From positions 1,612,001 to 1,676,000 of the forward strand of contig VRMN01000002.1 in the NCBI GenBank assembly GCA_008690995.1: DNA of 64,000 bases, written 5' to 3'. Under the pieces are notes generated by a model. It was not told where the DNA came from, did no database searches, and saw only the letters and a list, made by a program, of their open reading frames with translations. Every line of letters begins with the position of its first letter. Within the stretch, counting starts at the first letter, position 1. Positions 32,694 to 43,920 of the stretch are shown here, piece after piece. A program made the translations under genes and the position numbers. Source of the stretch: Porphyridium purpureum (lineage: Eukaryota).

Positions 32694-34889
32694 TTTGCCA
32701 GCCTTTCAAAGACGGACCCCCGTCACGGACAGCTGCCCGATCCCTGCCCCCCCTCTCAGGGGCACCAGCACACCCCCTTGACCACCAGGCGCGAACAGCT
32801 CCACGACACAATGATTATCCTCTACGAAACAATCGGCAAGGCGCACACCCCATCGAGGCACTCGCACCGGCATGAAATGGACTGCACTAGACACGCATCG
32901 ACGAAGCGAGCGCCCATCCGGCGGGGGTTCCCCTTTCTCTGTGGGAGCTAGCCGAGCTCGCCGCTACCGCGTTCGTTCAACCGCAACGCCACTTTCCCCC
33001 CGATGGAGCCGCGAGCCGTTGCTCCGTCGCACGCGCCGCCCACGTGCTTCCCGTCACCCCGATCGCGTCTCGCGTCGAATCCACGTCCAAATCGGGTCCC
33101 CTCTCCCCCCCTCGCACTGCCGCTATACAGCTTACTCGCGCGTGTCAGCGCCGGGCGCGCTCTCTCTCGCTCTCTTACCTGTCTCTCCTCGTTTCGCCGC
33201 GTCGCGCGTGTCTCAGATGCGCTTCGCCCCGAGCAAGTCTGTGTGTGTGCGCGCGCTCCCGGTCGCCCCCTCGCGTTCCCCTTGTCCCCGGGTGGCTGCG
33301 CGAGCTCTCCGATCCGGATCTGATCCCTATGCCGCCGTCCCCGCCGCGATTGCCACCGCCCTTGCCAAGTCGCGATTGAGACACAGCTTCCTCCTCATGC
33401 TCCTCACACGGCTCAACCTTTCACCACCCCGGTTTCTGTGCGCAGGGGCTTCGAAAAACCTACATACAGTGTACCATCGCGTTCTCTACTAAAACACGCC
33501 TGTCTCATGCGTCAAGCGTTTGCCAGTAATCCTTGCGCGCTTTACTGTCCTCATTCCCCTTTTTTTTTTGTATCGAAACCCCAACAGCGCGCTCGATTCA
33601 CACGAGCAAAAAAGCACGCTGCGTAGGTGTACAGCTGTGGCGCACGCTCTTCAGGACTCACAAAGCGCTGAGCCGCCGCTGTACCTTCACGCGTGATCGG
33701 ACGCCGCGCAACGTTGGCGCACCAAATAAATACAGCCGCTCCAGTGCTGGCAGCGCGCACGCCGCAACGCAGCGCCGCGTTGCGAAGTCGGCATTCAACT
33801 GAGCTTTCGTGCGCGCGCGCGAACCGCGCGCAGCGCATTGTATTCGTCGATGGCTCGCGCGTGGCAGACGCCTCGGGCTTGCGCAGGCTCGCCACAGCCC
33901 CGCCCCTTCGTCAGGTAGCGCAAGAGGGTTCTGTTTTTCCATGCGCAAACATTGCGACGCGCGCCACTTGTTGACGGCAGGAGGCGTTCGGCTTTCTTCC
34001 ACTGAAGAATGGCGGGTCGCGAGGATCGGAACCTCGCTGGTTCCGTCACCGACCCTGTGACAATCCAACGCATCCTCGAATCTCGAGCCAGCTTGTCGAT
34101 TCGCGGCGCCTAACTGGCACTCGTTTTCAATTCGTGTTTGTTTGACAACGAGATACTCCTTGAAGTGGTCCACTCGCGTATACTCCAACGGATCGCCCAC
34201 CCTTCTGCACGGATTGCACTCAAAAAGCTACGCCAACGAGCGGCGACTTGTTGGGCCGCTTCAGATCGGCTTCAGTTTATCCGTTGCGGAAAAAATGCGA
34301 AGGTCGCTTGATGAGCTGCGTCGCCCGCTCGTGCGAAGGCAACCTGCCGACCAAGTCAACCCAAGCGGAATTCGCATTCGCGCCAACCTCGACACATCAA
34401 AAATGCATCGGTATTGCGAAAAGATGAATTCACTGCCGCGTCAGCATAAAAGTCCAGAATTGTAATTCCGCATTACAGTACACTGCCAACCGACGAACCC
34501 AGATTCTGGAAACAGCCGGCGCCGCTGCCACAGGCGACGCCGCACTGTGTTCAGGAGCATAGCTCTGATCGGAGAGGATATCAATTGTGCGCCGACAGGG
34601 GAGCACGCATCTGCGACAACACGTCTTCCGCACGTGCTCTTCCACATGTGGGGAGGGTCAAGTCGCTACCCGCGCCAATCTCGAGATTTGTATCTACAAG
34701 CTCGCTCTATCTCCGCGCCACAGGGAAGTCGTAGCCGCTTCGGCTACGTGGCCGTTCGACCGCGATCAGTTGTTATCGGGGGAGACTGATCTTGGTGCGT
34801 AAAATTTTTAGTTTTATATTACCATCAGAAATATATACACAACTGTCAAGCAAGAAACGAGCGGCAGAAACACAACATTCCCCACACCT

Positions 34890-35510
34890 TCAAGCCGCTG
34901 GAGGCCCGTCCTCCAGATCCCTATCCAGAAACAGGCTCGGGTCGAGGTCATTTGTGTCTACATACGCAGCCACCATAGCTGCAAACTCGTCCTTGTCCAG
35001 GTCCACCCACCCGTCAAATCCACATGCTTCCGAATTATTTTCCGGTGCAGCAGAAGACGAGCCCGCGTCCACCGCCGGTGCCCGGTCCTCCTCTGCTGCC
35101 AAAGCCGCAACTTGCTCAGACTTTGTTACTGTCTGTGGCTGTTGCTGCTGCTGCTGGTAGTGCATGTGTAATCTCAGGACCTCGAGCTCCCGGTTCAGCT
35201 CCTGCTTTTCCCTTCTCAGCGCCTCGACAGTCTTCTCCAGCGTGTGATTCTGCGTCTCCATCGCGTTCAGAGACCCCTCCAGAGCGGTAATGTACACCTC
35301 TCTCCGCACTCGCGCCGCCGAAGCCGACTGCCTATTCAAGTGCAGACGCCGCCCATACTTATCCAAAGCATGCGCGTTCTGTGTGTCCGACTCACTCTCT
35401 TCCGGCATCTTCCTCTTCCTGTTCTTCAACTCCGCCTTGTGCGCCTCACGCGCCTCCTCGGCGACGCGCTGCGCCTGCGCCACGGCCGTGAGCTTCAATG
35501 CCCGCTCCAT
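34890..35510 (-). CDS. bZIP transcription factor
   Basis: RRLHLNRQSASAARVRREVYITALE followed by a heptad Leu zipper. ATG at 35510. Confidence 0.85.
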   Translation of the reverse strand: MERALKLTAVAQAQRVAEEAREAHKAELKNRKRKMPEESESDTQNAHALDKYGRRLHLNRQSASAARVRREVYITALEGSLNAMETQNHTLEKTVEALRREKQELNRELEVLRLHMHYQQQQQQPQTVTKSEQVAALAAEEDRAPAVDAGSSSAAPENNSEACGFDGWVDLDKDEFAAMVAAYVDTNDLDPSLFLDRDLEDGPPAA

Positions 35511-35981
35511 GCCAGCTGCACCTTCCTGTATCCTTGTCACCTTGACCTCCCTCACTTCTCCCTGCGCAAAGTTCCCACGCCGTTACACGCGGAACACACA
35601 CACACCTTTCCCTTTCCTTGCCTCCCCTGCTCTTCGTCACCGCTGGCACCACGCACGCGTTCTTCTTCCGCCTTGTCCTGTTTATATAGCCACTTTGCTA
35701 CAGCCATGCGAAACTAAAACACACTCACGACGTTCTGCACAGTGGGCTAGTTTACGTACGCTTCTCACAAAATACACCCAATTTATTAGGCGCACGCGCC
35801 AACATTTCAAGTGAGCAGCCGCTCTGGCGACAGCAATGCATGAACCTACTGTACTCCAGTGGAACCAGCAGCTGTACTTTGTCCGTGTTCGGTGAGACAT
35901 CTGGAGCGGCGCAGCACAAGTTTGTGGCTCGGATCACTCGTGGTGCGACGCGGTTGAGTCGCATGGATGGGCGTCGTCCGA

Positions 35982-36698
35982 ATGAGTCAATGGCCGTCTA
36001 TGGTTCGATCTGTCAGAGATCGCGACCTGGTGCTTTTTGCTGCTGACCCGCTTTCCACATTTGTCGGGAAGAGCAGGTTCGACGCCTTCAGTTCGCGCGC
36101 ACAAGCCGGTCGAGAGCGGCGGAAAACGACTCAATGCGATGTGCCGTCTTACTCAAATCACATGACGACGGGTGGTAGCCTGATGATACGGAGAAGAGCG
36201 AGGCCAGCTCTTTTGATGTCCAGTACGGCTTTGCAAAGCGGCGCTTCACTACCGGGCCCGTTGCTTCAACTAGGTCAGACGATCATGAATGTGTGGCGTG
36301 CGGCGAGATCGGGCCTCGCTTTGTTATTTTTCGCGGTCCAGTGGTTGCAAAAATTCATGGATGTGTACAAGCACAAGGTAGCACTGCTGCTCACAATTTA
36401 CGTGACCGTGTCTGTGTTCTGGTACTCGAACTTCTCCAAGTACGCGGTGCCGAAGTCCGAGTTGCGGCAACCCGAGGAAAACATTGCTCTTGAACGGGAC
36501 TTGCGCGCGTTCGAATGTGTGCACTGCGGGTTCGTGTCTTTCGAGACGCGCTCCGTCGATGAGAAGGGGGTCATTCGAGACACGGTCCCCACTGTGTGCA
36601 TTCTGTGTGACTCGGACGAGCCCGGCTGTCTGCGGGACGTGGGCATTGCGGAATATGCCGTTGCTCATCTCCGAGAGGATGAAGACGAACGCGACTGA
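35982..36698 (+). CDS. Hypothetical membrane protein with a C-terminal rubredoxin/Zn-ribbon-like CxxC..CxxC
   Basis: Two hydrophobic segments, then FECVHCGF..VCILCD. Confidence 0.55.
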   Translation: MSQWPSMVRSVRDRDLVLFAADPLSTFVGKSRFDAFSSRAQAGRERRKTTQCDVPSYSNHMTTGGSLMIRRRARPALLMSSTALQSGASLPGPLLQLGQTIMNVWRAARSGLALLFFAVQWLQKFMDVYKHKVALLLTIYVTVSVFWYSNFSKYAVPKSELRQPEENIALERDLRAFECVHCGFVSFETRSVDEKGVIRDTVPTVCILCDSDEPGCLRDVGIAEYAVAHLREDEDERD

Positions 36699-37171
36699 GC
36701 GTTCCGAAGAGCCAGCAAAGTCAGAGCAGAGCAAGCGCTAGCTGGGGGGCGCGAAGTTTCACTTGGCAGGAGGTACAGTCTTTCAGTGTACATTAGTAGT
36801 CTGAAACCAGTACAAAAAATTAGAAATCGAAAACACACCGGAGAACGCGTGGCGGGGGAAGCAAGCGGCATTGCAACCCCGCGCGCACGAGGTCCTGCCA
36901 CTGGTTCGTCTCAAAAGATCCGGCCCGGCTTTGAAATCGTGCCTGGCCAGGCGCTTTGCTCGTACCGGGCTTGCGAACAGCCATGTGTACAGAAATGAGC
37001 GAGTGATCTGTCTGTATATAGGCGAGTGCGGGGAGGAGGTTGTATCTGTGATCCATCGGCGAACGTGCCCGAGCAGGACACTCGTAGCCAGAAGAAACGG
37101 ATACCGAGAGAGACTGTGGGCGCTTCGTGTTGGCCATCACATTGTAGCGCGTTCTTCTTCTCGTTTCAAGG

Positions 37172-37921
37172 ATGGATACATATACGGCGGTGTCGATGCC
37201 ATGGCTCGGCGAGGACATTGATACTTTGATGGTCGCACAAGGCAGGACGTGGGAGTGTGAGATGGCGGCGCGGATCGAAAGCGAGCATCAGTCAATTCGC
37301 GGATTCTCCGAGCGCCGGCGATCATTGCACCAGCTCACCGAATTCCAGGAGACCGTGCTCGAATCCCTGACCGAACTGGAGGCCTCAGACTTTGGACTTG
37401 CTGGATCGTGTGATGATGCACCGCTGTGCGAATTCTCGCCGAAGAGGGGATTTTTTTCCAAGGGAGGAAGCAATCTACGCATTGAGGCTCCCATGGACTT
37501 ATGCGCTGGGCCGTCATGGGAGCTTTCTGATTTGCTACCGGGTCACTTTGGTGCAGGCGTCGAACGCTCCACGAGTGACGAGTTTCAGCGCTGCATGTGC
37601 CCAGTGAAGAGCCCCGTTCGCGAAAGCTTCTGCACAGAAGAGAATGGCCGGAAACCTGGCCCGCGCTTAAGCTCCTGCCCATTCTCTAAGGGCGTGCGAC
37701 AAAAATTCACCACCCAGCCGACTCGTGAGAATCGGCGCAAAACGCCACTCAGGGCTGGGCACTCACATCCCGCCTATCAGGACGCTTTGGCTGCCGAGCG
37801 GCAGGCATTAAAGCCATACTTGGACGCGCGTCCGTCGCTCTTCTTGGAGTCTCAAGTTGAGGCGCTTGTTTCGCTAAGATGTGCAGACTGTGGTCACATC
37901 AACCTTCCTTCATGGATATAG
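37172..37921 (+). CDS. Hypothetical protein
   Basis: 249-aa ATG-initiated ORF filling the gap, with no recognised domain. Confidence 0.45.
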   Translation: MDTYTAVSMPWLGEDIDTLMVAQGRTWECEMAARIESEHQSIRGFSERRRSLHQLTEFQETVLESLTELEASDFGLAGSCDDAPLCEFSPKRGFFSKGGSNLRIEAPMDLCAGPSWELSDLLPGHFGAGVERSTSDEFQRCMCPVKSPVRESFCTEENGRKPGPRLSSCPFSKGVRQKFTTQPTRENRRKTPLRAGHSHPAYQDALAAERQALKPYLDARPSLFLESQVEALVSLRCADCGHINLPSWI

Positions 37922-38038
37922 TACAATCGCACGCGAGTTTAGCATAAATCGATGTGGTACAGCAGTTTATGGAGTCTATCTACTTCCGCGTCGGGCGCCA
38001 CGAAGAAAGGCGGCCGGTAGCATCACAAGCAGACAGGT

Positions 38039-39124
38039 CTAGTTGGACTTCAGCTTCTGCTTTTCGCCTTCGCCCAGCTGCTGTTGCTTGAGCTCTGCTG
38101 CCTCCAATAACTGCTCGGTCTCCCAGCGATGGATCAGACTCCACTCACGGTTCAAGATGAAGTCAAAAAGAAGCCGAGTATAGCTCGAGTACGCAAAGAG
38201 CGTATTGTAGTACTCTGGCGCTGCCTTCTTCACCTCCGGCAACCACACGTAAGGCACCGAAGGGAAATCGTGGTGCTCGTTGTGAAACCCAATGTTAAAC
38301 GCTACCTTGTTGCCCACTCCGTAGTATGAGTAAGTCGACTGGAAAGGCTGTGTCGGGTAATGCTCCTGGATCCATCGGGCACCGAGCGGGTGCAGGCCTA
38401 CGGACGAAATACTCGCGAATACGAGAAAGAGCACGGGGGCCGCACCAAACTTTTCGTAGATGACCAATGCTGGCATAATGCAAGTGAGCCAGTTGAGAGC
38501 GATCCAGAACATTTCCATGCCAGCGGGCACGCGATACGAGTAGAACACCATGCGAACTGACTGGAAAACAAAAAACAATCCCAGCCACAGCGCCTTGCGG
38601 AACGGCGAGTTTCCTACAAACTTGGCCTCCCAGCTAGCCGGAACGTCTGGGTCCTTGTCGATCTTGTTTAGCTCGATGTGGTGCAGAATGTGGTAATATC
38701 GAAAGAGCATTCCCGAGGGCAGCACATGAATGCTGTTTGCGACGCACACGGCGATACGGTTCAATGTGACCGACTGGAAAATAAGGTTATGGGTGGCGTC
38801 ATGAATAAGCACCCACATGGCGTGGTCGATGACGGCGCCGACGCCGTACGCCACGGCCATCCACGCGTACCACGGCAGGCGGGTCGCGGCCCCAATTGCC
38901 AGAGCGTACTGCGCGAGCACCAGCGCGACAATGTACAGCGCGGACCACACATACGTGCCCACGTACTGCGCAATTTCCGGGTGCTTCCCCATAATCTCTG
39001 CGCGACGCACCGCGTGCGGGTGCTTGCGCCGACTCTCCTCGGCGGCGGCGCTCTCCTCCTTCTCGGTCGACAGCACCACGCTGTCCTTCGCCATCTCCGC
39101 GCGCTCTTCAACGTGCGCCACCAT
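38039..39124 (-). CDS. DES1: Sphingolipid delta-4 desaturase (DES1)
   Basis: HPHAVRRAEIMGKHPEI, His boxes HDATH, HILHH and HNEHHDFP, plus GLHPLGARWIQEH and TYSYYG. Confidence 0.93.
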   Translation of the reverse strand: MVAHVEERAEMAKDSVVLSTEKEESAAAEESRRKHPHAVRRAEIMGKHPEIAQYVGTYVWSALYIVALVLAQYALAIGAATRLPWYAWMAVAYGVGAVIDHAMWVLIHDATHNLIFQSVTLNRIAVCVANSIHVLPSGMLFRYYHILHHIELNKIDKDPDVPASWEAKFVGNSPFRKALWLGLFFVFQSVRMVFYSYRVPAGMEMFWIALNWLTCIMPALVIYEKFGAAPVLFLVFASISSVGLHPLGARWIQEHYPTQPFQSTYSYYGVGNKVAFNIGFHNEHHDFPSVPYVWLPEVKKAAPEYYNTLFAYSSYTRLLFDFILNREWSLIHRWETEQLLEAAELKQQQLGEGEKQKLKSN

Positions 39125-39556
39125 CCTGACTCTCGTACCTATCTTCCTCCACCCGTCGCGCCTCGTCAGTTTCCCTCTCCTCCCTTCCCGCACGCGCTGT
39201 CCCACCCAATACTTCCGTCCTCTCCTTGCCCTTCGTCCGCTCCCATCGAACTGCTTGTTTCCTTTTTCTGCTTTCCTCTCGCAAAAATCATACAGCGCGT
39301 CCATTTTATCAGCAACGGCCTTTAAACCGGCGCATCGATGATTTCAAACCGCAAACACTCTGCCAAGAAAGCAAGCAGACTCCACGCGAGGTACAGTGTG
39401 CTGTACCGCATCAAACCGGGAAAAGGCGGGCGAGCAGGCGGAGAACGGAACTGGAGATTTACATGTGTAGTGCGTGAAGGAGAAGACGACGTGGCGATGG
39501 GATTGTGTGTGTGTGAGAGAGAGAGAAGGAGGGAGAGCAGGACACGTGAGGCGAGC

Positions 39557-40537
39557 ATGGCGTTTACGAGCGTGGCGGGGTCGCCACGTGGATGTGTGAA
39601 TCGTGTGATGCGCTCCAGGCATTGTCTGTGTGGATTGAATCAGAGGACACTCGGTGCTGTGGGACGACGAGCGTACCGGGATCACGCTGGGCCTGGGCGA
39701 ATGGCATGGACTCAACGGAGCAGGGCAAGTGATGGGAGTGCGCGCCTGAACATGTCGCAGGTGGAGGCACCTGTTGAACTGGAGAGTCTTGAGGCCGTGT
39801 CTCTGGTGGACAGTGCATCAGGTGAGTACTTGCGCTCGCTGCCGGAAAAGCTTCATGGCGTTGGGTGCTATGCGATCTTTGACCGACGCGGCGAGCTAAA
39901 GTATATCGAGATTTCGCGCATGCTGTCGGCTAGCATCATGTGGCACATGCAGTGCCTAGGCCCCGACGAGTGTCACTCGGCCAAGGTCTTGCTTGCAGAC
40001 TCCCAGCTTGCGGAAGACGAGCAGCGCCAGCACGTGCAGGAAACAGCCGTTCACTGGATACAGGGCGAGCTCAAGCGGACGGGGCGGATACCGGAAGGTA
40101 ACGATTCGCGGTTCAAGGACTCTGCGTGGAGAAAGAGACCCGGAGATGAGGCGCGAAACAAACCACCGCTCACGTTTCCTCCGGACGCGAAGCCCGAGCA
40201 GGCCATGGAGCTCTTAGACCGGCTCGTTAAGGCCTTCCCTGTCATTCTGTTCCTCAAGGGCACACGCACTGTGCCGCAATGCGGCTTTTCGGATCGCGTT
40301 TGCGAGGCGCTGGACCTGACTGGCGTACAATTTGAGACCGTCGACGTGCTCGACGAGGGCGCAAATCCGGGGCTTCGCGAAGCGCTGACGCAGTACTCGC
40401 AGTGGCCGACGGTTCCGCAAGTCTTTGTGAACGGCCAGTTGCTGGGTGGTTGCGATGTGGTCGAGTCATACATGAAAGAAAATCGCCTGCGCGCAGAAAT
40501 CGGAGAGATGCTCGGAATGCGGCAATCCGGAAAGTGA
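39557..40537 (+). CDS. GRXS16: Plastid monothiol glutaredoxin with an N-terminal GIY-YIG-like domain (GRXS16-like)
   Basis: Transit peptide MAFTSVAG, GCYAIFD..LKYIEISR, IPEGN..W, then FLKGT..PQCGFS, YSQWPTVPQVF and GGCD. Confidence 0.88.
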   Translation: MAFTSVAGSPRGCVNRVMRSRHCLCGLNQRTLGAVGRRAYRDHAGPGRMAWTQRSRASDGSARLNMSQVEAPVELESLEAVSLVDSASGEYLRSLPEKLHGVGCYAIFDRRGELKYIEISRMLSASIMWHMQCLGPDECHSAKVLLADSQLAEDEQRQHVQETAVHWIQGELKRTGRIPEGNDSRFKDSAWRKRPGDEARNKPPLTFPPDAKPEQAMELLDRLVKAFPVILFLKGTRTVPQCGFSDRVCEALDLTGVQFETVDVLDEGANPGLREALTQYSQWPTVPQVFVNGQLLGGCDVVESYMKENRLRAEIGEMLGMRQSGK

Positions 40538-40653
40538 ACCCATGTGTCGTCCTTTAGGAGAGCATAAATGACCGTACTTGTAAGGCGCATCAGCTGCGTC
40601 ACGCGTTCCTCGTGTCCAACACAATGAATACGTCCTCGGCTTTATTTAGCTCT

Positions 40654-42027
40654 TTACTTCAGTGCATCCAACTCATTGGCCCGACGACGGGCGGTCGAGT
40701 GCATCGTCTTGGTCGCAATGGCAGCACTCTTCGTCGCAAAGTCTGGGTCGTCGAGCTTGTCGAACCACGAGTGCTCCAGTACTTCTTCTGCGGACGGGCG
40801 TTCGTTCGGGTCGTAGGCAGTCATTTTCACGATGAGGTCTTTGGCATCCTCGCTGACGCCCGCCCAGTACTTGTCCAGAAACTTGGGCCCCCGGCGACAC
40901 CTTGCCAAGTACTCGTCATCGCGCTCACCGTAGAACGGGAAGCGCCCGCACAGCAAAATATAGAGCACAACGCCCACTGCAAAAATATCTACAGCTGGGC
41001 CGTAGGGTCTCTGCAGCATCACCTCTGGCGCCACGTAATTCGGTGTGCCCACGTACGATTTGAGCGCCAAGCTTGTATCTGGAGTGTCTGGCAGAAAGTT
41101 GGACAGACCGAAATCTGTGATTTTGCACTGCAGAGGGAATGTACGATTTACGCATAGCACGTTTTCTGGCTTGATGTCCCTGTGTACAATCTTGTTGGCG
41201 TGCAGGTACGCAATGCCAGAAACAATTTGTCGTGCAACCTCGACTGCCTGCGCCTCAGTGAAATGGTGCATTTCCGACACGATATCAAATAGCTCGCCGC
41301 CCTTGAGCAACTCCATGACAAACCAAATCTTACCGTCGGAATCGAAAATATCAAGAGTTTCAACACAATGTGGATGGTCCAACTTTTTCATGATCGCAGT
41401 TTCTCTCGCAAGGTATTGAAGCTCCTTGCGAGCGGCCGTCAACTTGCTGACCGCTTTCGCTGCACACGTTTTACCATCTGCTTTCCTTTTGGCTTCATAT
41501 ACCTGCCCGTACGCGCCCGACCCAATCATCTTGCCCAGATCGTAGAAATAGGTCAGCGCGGTCCCGCACTCTACGATAAGTACGTCGAACCAACTTTGGC
41601 ATTCCTTCTGCGATGCAGCGCGCAACACAATATCTCTCTGCTTACTTTCATCGTAGATGTGTATTGCGTAGCTTTTATCCGCCGAGTCGATTGCGAGCTT
41701 GCTCGTGAACGACTTACCAATCGACTCGGCCGCGCTGACGAGCCCGCCACCGCTCCCGGCATCCTTGACAATGCGCACCGTGCAACCGTACACATTCAGC
41801 GAGTATAGCACACTCGCGCCGGGCTTCGAATCGCTCATTTCATGCAAGACCTTTCCTTGCAACTTGTAGTAGCGCTTGGCGCGCATGCCCGATAGAATCT
41901 CGCCGTCGCGCCACAAGAACCCGGCCTTGAGCACCGGCACGGACGCCAGATCCTCGTGCGAGCCCGCCGACTTGTCTGTCGACCGCGTCGTGATGGATGC
42001 CATTGCTGATTTCGATGACTTGTCCAT
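40654..42027 (-). CDS. PH-domain CAMK-family Ser/Thr kinase
   Basis: PH motifs (LKAGFL..KRYYKL..LRAASQKECQSWFDVL), then IGSGAYG, HRDIKPEN, DFGLS and GTPNYVAPE. Confidence 0.92.
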   Translation of the reverse strand: MDKSSKSAMASITTRSTDKSAGSHEDLASVPVLKAGFLWRDGEILSGMRAKRYYKLQGKVLHEMSDSKPGASVLYSLNVYGCTVRIVKDAGSGGGLVSAAESIGKSFTSKLAIDSADKSYAIHIYDESKQRDIVLRAASQKECQSWFDVLIVECGTALTYFYDLGKMIGSGAYGQVYEAKRKADGKTCAAKAVSKLTAARKELQYLARETAIMKKLDHPHCVETLDIFDSDGKIWFVMELLKGGELFDIVSEMHHFTEAQAVEVARQIVSGIAYLHANKIVHRDIKPENVLCVNRTFPLQCKITDFGLSNFLPDTPDTSLALKSYVGTPNYVAPEVMLQRPYGPAVDIFAVGVVLYILLCGRFPFYGERDDEYLARCRRGPKFLDKYWAGVSEDAKDLIVKMTAYDPNERPSAEEVLEHSWFDKLDDPDFATKSAAIATKTMHSTARRRANELDALK

Positions 42028-42417
42028 GGTGACGCGCGCAGGATACACACATACACACACACTCTCTCTCTCCCGCTCGCCTGCCTCCTGCGCGCGCTCG
42101 CCCTCAACTTTCGGTTGAAATCACTCACCGAGGTCGTGTTTGTAATACGCATTACACGGTGTCAGTTAATACCGTTGCATAGCAGCAACTGTACCTCACC
42201 GAGTACAGTTCAACCTCAGGTTTCTTCCAGGGCGCGCCCGAACGACTTGCATGTGGGTGGACGAGATGGAAACACCTTTCCACCACCACAGAAGATGTAC
42301 AGAAGCAGCAGCCGGCCCGGGACAAGTCGCCTTCTCGTCGGTGGTTTGGTTGGTTCTTCGCTTGGAGCTGACATCCGTCTGGTGATCATTTGATACGAGC
42401 TGGTAGAGTGGTGTGTG

Positions 42418-42807
42418 ATGGCGCGGCAACAGGCGTTTGTGCCGTCGTTCGCGGCAAGTGCTTCAGGAGGTCCGTGTGTGTCGCAGCACAGGCTGCACAG
42501 ACACAGGGACGCGAACCGCTGTGCGGCAGTGGTAGTGCGGGCAAGCGCGGGCGGGGACGCTCCAGTGCCTCCGCCTGCGCCTGTGGCAGTGGACGGTGCC
42601 AAGTGTCCTGGATGTGGGCGCGAGGAGGGCGTGAAGCGCGGGTGTGACGGAAGCGGTCGCGTGGTCGGGGGGCTCGGCGTCGTGCTCAAGTGGTGGCCCA
42701 TCAAGGCGTACAGACCGTGCGATGAACTTGTCAAGCGCAAAGGGAACTACAAGCGCGCCGGACAAAGCTTGGAGGAAATTGCGTTTGGTCGCGAAACGAA
42801 AAAGTGA
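42418..42807 (+). CDS. Small plastid-targeted Cys-containing protein of unknown function
   Basis: Transit peptide MARQQAFV..VVVRA, then CPGCG..GCDGSGRVVGG..WWPIKAYRPC..YKRAGQSLEE, a motif I recall from plant/algal conserved unknowns. Confidence 0.75.
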   Translation: MARQQAFVPSFAASASGGPCVSQHRLHRHRDANRCAAVVVRASAGGDAPVPPPAPVAVDGAKCPGCGREEGVKRGCDGSGRVVGGLGVVLKWWPIKAYRPCDELVKRKGNYKRAGQSLEEIAFGRETKK

Positions 42808-43095
42808 GTTTTCAAACAAGGAGGGCGCAAAGACATACGGCGGCTCTCCTCACGTTAGCACAGTAAAGCTTTACAGCAAAAAATTAGGCTTGGTTCGCAG
42901 GTCTTTCTCGCTCGGTACTACGTGAAGGTAGCTGCCCCTGTGTTAGCGAACGGACAATCTCACGGATCGATTCTCCAAACAAAACAAAACAACAAAAAGA
43001 AACACTCAAGCGATGTCGGAATCTCACCTTTGCGGTTCTCTTCGCAGGCACTCAAAATCTTGACGACTTACAGACACGCGGATAGTTCGGGACAA

Positions 43096-43920
43096 TCAAT
43101 CCTGGTTCCGGTTCAAGATTGTGGAGGAAAACGTCGGCGATGCGCCTGTTCCAAAATCGTCTCCACTGTCGTCCTCAAATGTGTCTGCGTGAACCACAGT
43201 GGATGCAACAACCGCGCGTGACACAATCAAACAAGGACTGCGGATGATTTTTGAGATGCTGTCCGGACAGTGCTGCGCACCCGTAGGATCGGCACCGTGC
43301 CCCGTCTGCGAGGCTTCGTGGTGCGCAAACTGTGAGTGACACAGTCGGCTAAGATTACTATCGATCGACAGCACTTGCTTCTGCTTGTCACCGAGCGACT
43401 CGTGTGAGAGGACACGCTGCGGACCGTACCGCTGAAAATACGCAGAGCGCTGCGGCGTTTCGTCCAGTGAGTTTGACGAGCGACTTGACACCAGTTTCGT
43501 TCGCGGCGACGTGCCGTACCCGGGTGTTGTTGTCGACATGTGGAAGCGCTGCCTCGACTGCGTGCGCTCGCGCTCACCCAGGTGCGGGCTCGGAGGCTGT
43601 GCGCCGTCCACGAAGACAGCCAAACTCTCAAGGCTCGGCGTGCTGCGCATGCGGTGGTGCGAATGTCCATGCGCGTACGTCGCGCCATGTGCGTGTGGAA
43701 GCGAGTGGTTCGGGTGCCGCGACGACGACATTCGCGGCGACGACGGGACCGAGCCCGCCGCCCCGTTCGCGCCCGCGGCGTCCACGCTGGCCACGGACGA
43801 CGCGTCCGTGGTGACCGTGGACATGGACTCCCCCGGGTCATTCTTATCCCACGGCCGGGGCTTTCCATGCTCACGCCACGTGTGCAGCATCACCGTAAAC
43901 GGCGGCGGTCGCCCTGGCAT
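43096..43920 (-). CDS. Hypothetical Ser/His-rich low-complexity protein
   Basis: 274-aa ATG ORF preceded by a GT/GA-rich leader like those of neighbouring genes. Confidence 0.5.
   Translation of the reverse strand: MPGRPPPFTVMLHTWREHGKPRPWDKNDPGESMSTVTTDASSVASVDAAGANGAAGSVPSSPRMSSSRHPNHSLPHAHGATYAHGHSHHRMRSTPSLESLAVFVDGAQPPSPHLGERERTQSRQRFHMSTTTPGYGTSPRTKLVSSRSSNSLDETPQRSAYFQRYGPQRVLSHESLGDKQKQVLSIDSNLSRLCHSQFAHHEASQTGHGADPTGAQHCPDSISKIIRSPCLIVSRAVVASTVVHADTFEDDSGDDFGTGASPTFSSTILNRNQD

Noticed and set aside
33172..33181. Minus-strand splice donor CAG|GTAAGA upstream of SRPK (possible 5' UTR intron)
   Set aside because: No convincing acceptor/branch pairing. It needs RNA data.
34009..34311. 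Protein-like frame (MAGREDRN..) interrupted by one TAA in the large SRPK-bZIP gap
   Set aside because: Short, with no recognisable domain, so a relic cannot be supported.
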